Source of the DNA: an uncultured Oscillospiraceae bacterium
GTDB taxonomy: Bacteria > Bacillota > Clostridia > UMGS1883
Assembly: GCA_964604615.1 (NCBI GenBank)
Contig: CAZRZU010000002.1
Span: 2,992 to 50,332, forward strand
Length of the DNA stretch: 47,341 nt
Direction: 5' to 3'
Shown here: piece after piece, positions 19,764-26,699 of the stretch
How positions within the stretch are numbered: the first letter of the stretch is position 1
Layout of the letters: the number at the start of each line of letters is the position of its first letter
Notes under the pieces: model-generated
Database searches by the model: none
The model's input: the letters and a program-made list of their open reading frames with translations, nothing else
What the model was told of the DNA's origin: nothing
Translations under genes and position numbers: made by a program

Positions 19764-21005
19764 ATGCTTAAAATTGACGAAAGAATAACAGCTTTAGCTA
19801 AGGTAGTAGAGGAAGAAATAGCTCCTCAATTTAAAGAAATCGAAGATATTGCTCAATACAATCAGGAAAAGGTATTGAATGCTTTTATAAAAAACAGAGT
19901 AAGTGATTCGCACTTTAATCACTCCACAGGTTACGGTTACAATGACATTGGCAGGGAAGTAATCGATAAAATTTATGCTGATACATTTGGAACAGAAGAT
20001 GCTTTGGTAAGGCACAATATTGTAAATGGTACGCACGCACTGGCTATTGCATTATTTGCAGTTTTGCGTCCGGGAGATACTCTTTTGGCAGTAACCGGCA
20101 AACCCTATGACACTTTAGAAGAAGCTATTGGTATTTCAGGTGACGGTAAAGGCGGTAGTTTAAAGGAATTCGGTGTAAATTATCGTCAAGTTGATTTAAA
20201 AAACAACAAACCTGACTTTGATAAGATTAAGGCTGAACTGACAGATGATGTGAAATTGTGTATTATTCAGCGTAGTAAAGGGTATGACTGGCGCGATACA
20301 CTTTCCAGCCGTGAGATAGGGGTGCTTGTACAATTTATAAAAAAGGTTAAGCCCGGTACAATCTGTATGGTCGATAATTGCTACGGCGAGTTTGTTGAAC
20401 GCGAAGAACCCAGTAATTATGGCGCAGATATGATTGTAGGCTCTCTCATAAAAAATGTAGGTGGAGGATTAGCTCAGTCCGGTGGTTATATTGCCGGAAC
20501 AAAGGAATGTGTAGAACTGGCTGCTTACAGACAGACTAGTCCGGGAATAGGAAAGGAATGCGGAGCAACACTTGGACAGAATCGTCACATTCTTCAGGGC
20601 TTTTTCATGGCTCCTCACGTTGTATCACAGGCTGTAAAAACAGCTGTTTTCTGTGGGGCAATGATGGAGAAACTTGGTTTTGAAGTTAATCCTACATCGA
20701 AAGGTAAGAGATGCGACATAATACAGTCCGTAAAATTTAATGATGCTGAAAAATTGATTAAGTTTTGCCAGGCTATTCAAATGGCTTCGCCGGTAGACAG
20801 CTTTGCGGTGCCTGAGCCGTGGGATATGCCGGGATACCAACATCAGGTTATAATGGCAGCAGGAACTTTTGTGTCCGGTGCAAGTATTGAAATCAGTGCA
20901 GATGCTCCCATAAAACCTCCGTATGTTGGATATCTTCAAGGCGGACTTACATATGAAAGCGGTAAGCTCGCTGTTATGCTTGCGGCATCTGCATTAATTG
21001 ACTGA
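19764..21005 (+). CDS. aluminium-resistance / methionine gamma-lyase-like PLP-dependent protein (YnbB family)
   Basis: N-terminus ...EEIAPQFKEIEDIAQYNQEKVLNAF...SDSHFNHSTGYGYNDIGRE is characteristic of this family. About 410 aa. Confidence 0.75.
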   Translation: MLKIDERITALAKVVEEEIAPQFKEIEDIAQYNQEKVLNAFIKNRVSDSHFNHSTGYGYNDIGREVIDKIYADTFGTEDALVRHNIVNGTHALAIALFAVLRPGDTLLAVTGKPYDTLEEAIGISGDGKGGSLKEFGVNYRQVDLKNNKPDFDKIKAELTDDVKLCIIQRSKGYDWRDTLSSREIGVLVQFIKKVKPGTICMVDNCYGEFVEREEPSNYGADMIVGSLIKNVGGGLAQSGGYIAGTKECVELAAYRQTSPGIGKECGATLGQNRHILQGFFMAPHVVSQAVKTAVFCGAMMEKLGFEVNPTSKGKRCDIIQSVKFNDAEKLIKFCQAIQMASPVDSFAVPEPWDMPGYQHQVIMAAGTFVSGASIEISADAPIKPPYVGYLQGGLTYESGKLAVMLAASALID

Positions 21006-21040
21006 CCGGGAGGGAAATAGTCGGAATTTAAAGAATGTAT

Positions 21041-21069
21041 TTGACAAATGACTGTTTTAATGATATAAT
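21041..21069 (+). promoter_or_regulatory. near-consensus sigma-A promoter upstream of the recombinase gene
   Basis: TTGACA (21041-21046), 17-nt spacer, TATAAT (21064-21069), with extended -10 TGa. Confidence 0.6.
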
Positions 21070-21070
21070 C

Positions 21071-21100
21071 AATTCAACAAAATAAAAATTTTGTTGAATT
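21071..21100. repeat. perfect 30-bp palindrome (13-bp arms, 4-bp centre; or 11-8-11)
   Basis: AATTCAACAAAAT-AAAA-ATTTTGTTGAATT, immediately after the -10 box and 13 nt before the recombinase start codon. Confidence 0.9.
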
Positions 21101-21113
21101 GAGAGTGGAGGTA

Positions 21114-22109
21114 ATGCTTGTGAATATCCAGACAGAATATCATGATATTCCGCCATATGCACGACGTTTTCTTATGCATATGATAACCATTTCCGGTAAA
21201 TCTGACAAAACTGTTCATGAGTATTACTATGACTTAAGAACATTTTTCAGATTTTTTATGTGTTTCTTTAATAAAGCTTCATTTGATGATTTTGATTCTT
21301 TGGATACGTGTGAATTTCCTTTAAACGATTTAAAGAAACTTACTACTGATGATTTGTATGAGTTTCTGATGTTTATTCGTAATACACGTGATAACAATCC
21401 AAATGCATTGGCTCGCAAAATTTCTTGCTTAAAGTCGTTTTATAATTACATGACCGTAAAATCCCATCAGCTTGACGATAATGTTGCCAAAGATTTAGAA
21501 TCTCCCAAAATCCCTAAAAAATTACCTAGATACCTTACTTTGGAAGAATCTGTACGTCTTTTAAATGCTGTTGATGGCGAATTTGCGGTTCGTGATTACT
21601 GTATAATTACATTGTTTTTGAATTGTGGAATGCGTCTTTCTGAACTGGTTGGTATAAATATGCATGATATGCAAGAAAAAAGTATATTTATACGTGGCAA
21701 AGGAAATAAAGAAAGAAAAGTCTATTTGAACGATGCCTGTACAACTGCAATAAAGGATTATCTTGAAGTCCGTCCACGCGACGGAGTAATTGACCGTGAT
21801 GCGCTCTTTTTAAGTAAGAGAAAAACCCGTATTTCAAACAATATGGTGTACAGGATGGTTAAAAAGAATATGGAACGCGCAGGTTTAGATCCTGAAAAAT
21901 ACTCACCGCATAAACTCAGGCATACTGCTGCTACACTTATGTATGTTCACGGTGATGTTGACGTCCGTGCATTACAGGAAATTTTAGGTCATGAACAGCT
22001 CTCTACAACTCAGATTTATACACACGTTGATGAAAAACAGCTTCATGATGCCGTTAATAAAAATCCATTAGCATCTGCTAAAAAGCAAAAAAAGTCACCT
22101 CTTGATTGA
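21114..22109 (+). CDS. tyrosine-type site-specific recombinase (XerC/XerD family)
   Basis: SAM-like N-terminal domain. Catalytic residues are present: R (GMRLSEL), K (GKGNKERKVYL), HxxR (HKLRHTAA), H/Y (LGHEQLSTTQIYTHV). ATG 21114 follows a GGAGG RBS. Confidence 0.85.
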   Translation: MLVNIQTEYHDIPPYARRFLMHMITISGKSDKTVHEYYYDLRTFFRFFMCFFNKASFDDFDSLDTCEFPLNDLKKLTTDDLYEFLMFIRNTRDNNPNALARKISCLKSFYNYMTVKSHQLDDNVAKDLESPKIPKKLPRYLTLEESVRLLNAVDGEFAVRDYCIITLFLNCGMRLSELVGINMHDMQEKSIFIRGKGNKERKVYLNDACTTAIKDYLEVRPRDGVIDRDALFLSKRKTRISNNMVYRMVKKNMERAGLDPEKYSPHKLRHTAATLMYVHGDVDVRALQEILGHEQLSTTQIYTHVDEKQLHDAVNKNPLASAKKQKKSPLD

Positions 22110-22120
22110 GGTGACTTTTT
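22089..22120. terminator. bidirectional intrinsic terminator between convergent genes
   Basis: AAAAAGTCACCTC-ttgatt-GAGGTGACTTTTT. A-run and T-run flank a 13-bp stem, which overlaps the last codons of the recombinase and the stop of the ECF S-component gene. Confidence 0.8.
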
Positions 22121-22712
22121 AGTTGAATATACCGTATTTTAACTTAACTCTTTCCAGCTTTTTGCCTATTGGCTTTTCCAAAGCGAGTATAAAAACTATG
22201 TTTGAAATCACGTATTCTATCATTACAGGTAAAGATGATATCACGTATGAAATATATCTTGCCGCAGAAAAGTTTGAATCAATACTTAATACTGTATATA
22301 AATCCATTATAAGTGAAAATATAATGCCGCATAATGCAGAATATACCTTTAAAAGAGCTTTATTCTTTAAATTTAATATACCGGACAAAAATCCTATTAA
22401 GCCCCAACTAAGCATTTGAAAAACCGTCCACGGGCCTTGACCGTAATAAAAATTTGACAGAAGCGCTGTTAATGAACCTGTAATAAAACCGCATTCCTTA
22501 CCAAAGTACATCCCTGTTATTATAATAAGAGCAGTTACAGGCTTAAAATGCGGAACAAAAGCGAAAATCATGCGGGATGCTATGCATAAAGCAATCATCA
22601 CTGCCATTATAACAACTTCGCGGCTGCTGTGCTTTTTATGTTGAAATTTAATAAAAAACGGTACTATACTTAAAATCGCGACACAAATAGCCGGTAACAT
22701 GTAGCTGTTCAT
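22119..22712 (-). CDS. ECF transporter substrate-specific (S) component, predicted cobalamin-related
   Basis: About 197 aa, six hydrophobic helices, last gene of an ECF T-A-S operon. ATG at 22712 overlaps the ATPase TGA stop (ATGA coupling), so it is preferred over the listed 22733 start. Confidence 0.7.
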   Translation of the reverse strand: MNSYMLPAICVAILSIVPFFIKFQHKKHSSREVVIMAVMIALCIASRMIFAFVPHFKPVTALIIITGMYFGKECGFITGSLTALLSNFYYGQGPWTVFQMLSWGLIGFLSGILNLKNKALLKVYSALCGIIFSLIMDLYTVLSIDSNFSAARYISYVISSLPVMIEYVISNIVFILALEKPIGKKLERVKLKYGIFN

Positions 22713-24223
22713 TTTAAACCATTCCTTTGACACAAAGTGACCACATCATCAAGTGTAACTGCATTTTTATACATATGACGTGAAATTCTTGATGCGTATG
22801 TTGTATAAAACTTATTTTTCGAAAAAATTTCTCTCGGTGTTCCTTGGGATACTATTTGCCCGTCAAATAAAAATGCACATCTATCGGATACCTCCGCTGA
22901 AAAATCTGCATCATGGCTTACAATGATAACTGCAACTCCCCTATTTGCCAAGTCTCTTATAATATTTTGTATATCCTTCTTCCCTTTTTCGTCTATCCCC
23001 TTGGTGGGTTCATCCAAGCAAATGATATCAGGTTTAACAAGAAGGAGTTTTGCGAGAGCAGCTCTCTGTGCTTCCCCACCGCTTAAATCATAAGGATTTC
23101 TGTCAAGAAGGTGTGCGATTGATAATTTGTCGCAAATCTCTTCAAATTTATCCGTAATTAAGGATAAATCTTCTCTTAAAACATCTTTTGTAAAAACCGT
23201 TTTAACATTTTGCGGAAGTACGGCAATTGATTTGCCGTATTTTTTTATTTTGCCGCTATATGGCTTGTTAATTCCCGAAATAAGGCTTAATAGTGTGGTT
23301 TTACCGCTTCCGTTGCCTCCTAAAAGTGTTAAAACTTCTCCGAAATTGCAGGAAAAATTCAAATTTTTTAAAACATCAGATGAGTGTTTTTCATAGCGAA
23401 AATATACGTCTTTTATGCGAAGCGCTAAGTCGTGTTGGTTGACTTTTTCGTCAATATAATTAAACTCATTTGTAAATTTTGATGATAAAAATTCTCTGCA
23501 CTCACCCACTGTTTTTGGGCAAACTCCACCTATGTTCAATCTGTTATATAATTGGATGGCACGCGGTAACATGTAATCGCTTGGGGCTTCTTTTACAAAT
23601 TCACCATCATTCATTATGAATATTGCATCTGCATAATTCCATAAATCTTCGGTGCGATGCTCGGAAATTATAATCGTTAAATTCATTTCCTGATTAAGCC
23701 TTTTAATCATATCTGTAAAACGTCGTGCTGCAATAGGATCAAGTTGGCTGGTTGGTTCGTCAAGAATAAGAATATCAGGATCTGTCACCATAACAGATGC
23801 AAGGTTTAAAAGCTGTTTTTCGCCGCCTGAGAGGTGAAATGTATTTTTATGAAACATGTGTGCAATATCAAAAAACTCGGCAATTTCTGCAACCTTCTGC
23901 CTTATTTCATGTGAAGGTTTGTTCATACCTTCCAAAGCAAATGCAAGATTATGCCATACCGTGTCAGATACAATCTGATTTTCAGTGTCTTGATTTACAA
24001 TTGCCACCGTTACATTTTCTTTAATCCTGATGCTGCCGGACTTTTCGCCAAAGGGTGCAGTTTCTTCTTTTAAAAGTCTTAAAAGAGTGGTTTTGCCGCT
24101 TCCTGATGAACCGCACAGTAAAACAAAATCTCCTTCGTTTACAGTCAGCGATATATTATTCAACGCATTTTTCGTTGCCCGGGGATATTTAAATGTCAAA
24201 TTTTTGATATTAAGTATTTCCAT
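22709..24223 (-). CDS. ECF transporter ATPase, fused tandem ABC domains (EcfA-EcfA' type)
   Basis: Two Walker A motifs (GSSGSGKTT, GGNGSGKTT), two signature motifs (LSGGEKQ, LSGGEAQ) and two Walker B motifs (ILILDEP, IICLDEP). Confidence 0.9.
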   Translation of the reverse strand: MEILNIKNLTFKYPRATKNALNNISLTVNEGDFVLLCGSSGSGKTTLLRLLKEETAPFGEKSGSIRIKENVTVAIVNQDTENQIVSDTVWHNLAFALEGMNKPSHEIRQKVAEIAEFFDIAHMFHKNTFHLSGGEKQLLNLASVMVTDPDILILDEPTSQLDPIAARRFTDMIKRLNQEMNLTIIISEHRTEDLWNYADAIFIMNDGEFVKEAPSDYMLPRAIQLYNRLNIGGVCPKTVGECREFLSSKFTNEFNYIDEKVNQHDLALRIKDVYFRYEKHSSDVLKNLNFSCNFGEVLTLLGGNGSGKTTLLSLISGINKPYSGKIKKYGKSIAVLPQNVKTVFTKDVLREDLSLITDKFEEICDKLSIAHLLDRNPYDLSGGEAQRAALAKLLLVKPDIICLDEPTKGIDEKGKKDIQNIIRDLANRGVAVIIVSHDADFSAEVSDRCAFLFDGQIVSQGTPREIFSKNKFYTTYASRISRHMYKNAVTLDDVVTLCQRNGLK

Positions 24224-25062
24224 TTTATATCCTCCAAAATGTCATTAATAGATGGAATTATGCATAAAAATGCATATTGAGTATAAAAAGCGAGACTGTT
24301 AGAATTTAAAGCATTGAAGTTGATTGCTGGATAGTAAGAAAAATAACCTTCTCCGGATATCAGTAAATATACTAAAATAACATCTAACACTACAACCAGA
24401 ATAGATAATAATAAATCCTTTTTTGAAAAAAGCAAAAGAGAATAGCTTGAACGTTTTTTGTTTTCATATCCGCGAGAACGCATGGTATCAGCAGTTTCAA
24501 TAGCATTTTCTATGGAAAGTGAAACAAGTGCAGAAAAGACATTTAATACAAGTTTTATTTTATCGTGCAAAGAATTAGTTTTGAATATTCCCATAGAAAT
24601 TTGAGCATTATAAATACTTTTTGCATTTTCTTTAAATAATGGAATAAATCTTAAGGACATACAAAATATAACACACAACTTTGGGGAAATTTTTCCTATC
24701 AGCCAAGTAAGCTTGTCCTCTGTAAAAACATAACCGAATAATCTGAACCAAGACATCACCGTAATTAATAGTAATCCTGCACTCATGCCGTAAAACAATG
24801 CTTCGAGTGTGATTCTTTGATCAAACAGGTGAAATAATACTGTTTCACCGTTGTGAGAAAAAAGAGGATTAGTAATACTTACAACAAGAAAAAAAATTAT
24901 ATAATAGCCTAAATTAATTTTGCCTGTAATTCTAGTTGTAGAAAATAATGCACCAAATAAAGACAGTAATAGTAATATTGGATTCATTGTTACCATAGTT
25001 AAAGCAATAACTGAAGCAAAGTAAACTATTAAAGTAAAAGGATGTAAATTGCAAAATTTCAT
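24196..25062 (-). CDS. ECF transporter transmembrane (T) component (EcfT/CbiQ family)
   Basis: Multi-TM protein of about 288 aa with a C-terminal ..A.ETA..M..RGY-type coupling motif (IETADTMRSRGY). Overlaps the ATPase start. Confidence 0.85.
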   Translation of the reverse strand: MKFCNLHPFTLIVYFASVIALTMVTMNPILLLLSLFGALFSTTRITGKINLGYYIIFFLVVSITNPLFSHNGETVLFHLFDQRITLEALFYGMSAGLLLITVMSWFRLFGYVFTEDKLTWLIGKISPKLCVIFCMSLRFIPLFKENAKSIYNAQISMGIFKTNSLHDKIKLVLNVFSALVSLSIENAIETADTMRSRGYENKKRSSYSLLLFSKKDLLLSILVVVLDVILVYLLISGEGYFSYYPAINFNALNSNSLAFYTQYAFLCIIPSINDILEDIKWKYLISKI

Positions 25063-25111
25063 TTTAGATTTTCTCCAACATTGTTTAAAACATATTTATA
25101 TATTAAATTGA

Positions 25112-25546
25112 TTACTCAGCCAAAGTTAAAAAATCGCAAATATATTTCCAGGTAATCAAATTCCCTTCAGAAACTGTATATTCTGTCATTATAGGCTCAT
25201 TGTTTACTTCATAAACCCAGCCGCTCATTTCACCGCAGGATTTTTCGTATATATAATTAATTCCTTTTACGTATCCGTCAGATGCGTCAATGTGAATATT
25301 GTTTTCTTTTGCCACAGCCTTTAAAACATCGAGAGCAGTGGCATTTTCATCAACTGTTATTTCTGTTTCTTTAAGTATTATGCCGTTTGAGGGTACATAT
25401 TTTTCATCTTTCAATGATTCATCTAGCATGTTGTAGTTTGCTAAAATGTCAGAACAATCGATTTCTACTTTAACAGTAACTTTGTTTGTGTTGCCACAGC
25501 CGCATAAAAGAACAAGAACAACCACTAACGACAATAATTTTTTCAT
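25112..25546 (-). CDS. DUF4430-domain lipoprotein (transcobalamin-like fold family)
   Basis: MKKLLSLVVVLVLLCGCG lipobox. ...ATALDVLK......GYV..IN......GWVYEVNNE....G......G..I.W.Y pattern typical of DUF4430. ATG 25546 follows an AAGGAGAG RBS. Confidence 0.75.
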   Translation of the reverse strand: MKKLLSLVVVLVLLCGCGNTNKVTVKVEIDCSDILANYNMLDESLKDEKYVPSNGIILKETEITVDENATALDVLKAVAKENNIHIDASDGYVKGINYIYEKSCGEMSGWVYEVNNEPIMTEYTVSEGNLITWKYICDFLTLAE

Positions 25547-25569
25547 AAAAACTCTCCTTAAAAATAAAA

Positions 25570-25800
25570 TTCTCACCCCGCAGGGTGAGAAAAAGCATAC
25601 TCAAATAAAGACAGATACTGCCTTAAAAGTACACTCCAATCCCCTGTGGAGCTTAGATAAAGGAATATGGCAGGTCTTCCGACTGAATATCAATGCGTGC
25701 TTCATCCTTCCCGGTCTCCCAGTGGTTTACAGAAGCTGCTCCATATCACGGCAGCAAGGACTGTTCGGGATTTACACCCGATTCCCTATTATGCATATCT
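25570..25800 (-). promoter_or_regulatory. cobalamin (B12) riboswitch with terminator-type expression platform
   Basis: Minus strand reads AATAGGGAATCGGGTGTAAATCCCGAAC...GCTGCCG...GTAAACCACTGGGAGACCGGGAAGG...AGTCGGAAGACCTGCC (B12 box, comp. 25669-25684). It is followed by CTCACCC-tgcg-GGGTGAG plus a U-rich tail (comp. 25572-25590) just before the RBS. Confidence 0.85.
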
Positions 25801-25838
25801 TAAAATATGCCACCTATATCCCCTATTTAATTATCTGT

Positions 25839-25867
25839 ATTTTAGCATAGTTAAAACTATTTGTCAA
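25839..25867 (-). promoter_or_regulatory. sigma-A-type promoter driving the riboswitch/ECF operon
   Basis: Minus strand has TTGACA (comp. 25862-25867), 17-nt spacer, TAAAAT (comp. 25839-25844). The -35 box overlaps the last codons of the upstream yihY-family gene. Confidence 0.5.
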
Positions 25868-26687
25868 TTTCACCTTTTTCTCGCATTAAAAAGTAATTAA
25901 CCTCTCCACCCAGGAACATTATTATCATGCAGAAATACACCCACAACATGAAAATCACAAGTGCTGTAAGACTACCGTATAAATAAGACCTGTTGTCAAA
26001 ATTATCTACATATATGGAAAATAAAAGCGAAAAAATCATCCATCCGCTGGCTGAAAAAATCGCACCCGGAAGTTGTTTGAGAAATTTAAGCTTTTTGCCT
26101 GGAACAAAAGTGTAAATGCATACGAATAAAGCTGTAAGAACCACCAGTGATATAATTCCTCTTGCAGAAAGAATCAAGTTTAATATATTTATAGCAACAG
26201 GAAAAATCGTTCCTATGGCATCTGCAATTAAATTGCCGAATACCATAAGAATTAGAGAAAACAGTATTGCCGCAAAAAATATTACAGTGTAGAAAATTCC
26301 ATAAATATTAATTTTGATAAAACTTCGACGTTCTTTTACCTTATATACAGAATCCAGTCCTTTTGCAATTGCAACCACACTTCTTGATGCTGTCCATACT
26401 AATGTTACCGCAGGTATGGAAATTAAAGAAACCGAATCAGCAAGAAGAATTTCATCAATAATGTACGAAATGAAACTTACCACACTTTTGGGAAGATTGT
26501 GCCCAATAAAGTTAGTAAAATCTGCCGCTGTTATATTTACAAAATAGCCTGCGATCATAAGAAATATCATAAGGAACGGAACAAATGAAATTACCATATA
26601 ATACGATGCATAAGCGCTGTATACGGTTATTTCGTCTTCTGTTAATACAGAGAAAAAAGAACGAATGCTATTGTATAATTTACGCAC
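25857..26687 (-). CDS. YihY/BrkB-family membrane protein
   Basis: N-terminus ...DEITVYSAYASYYMVISFVPFLMIFL and six TM segments typical of YihY family proteins. Confidence 0.8.
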   Translation of the reverse strand: MRKLYNSIRSFFSVLTEDEITVYSAYASYYMVISFVPFLMIFLMIAGYFVNITAADFTNFIGHNLPKSVVSFISYIIDEILLADSVSLISIPAVTLVWTASRSVVAIAKGLDSVYKVKERRSFIKINIYGIFYTVIFFAAILFSLILMVFGNLIADAIGTIFPVAINILNLILSARGIISLVVLTALFVCIYTFVPGKKLKFLKQLPGAIFSASGWMIFSLLFSIYVDNFDNRSYLYGSLTALVIFMLWVYFCMIIMFLGGEVNYFLMREKGEIDK

Positions 26688-26699
26688 AATATCATATCC

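Noticed and set aside
25446-25900. Two + strand ORFs (134 and 77 aa) in the gap upstream of the ECF operon
   Set aside because: The region is explained by the minus-strand cobalamin riboswitch, its terminator and its promoter. The ORFs have no RBS and read as nonsense.
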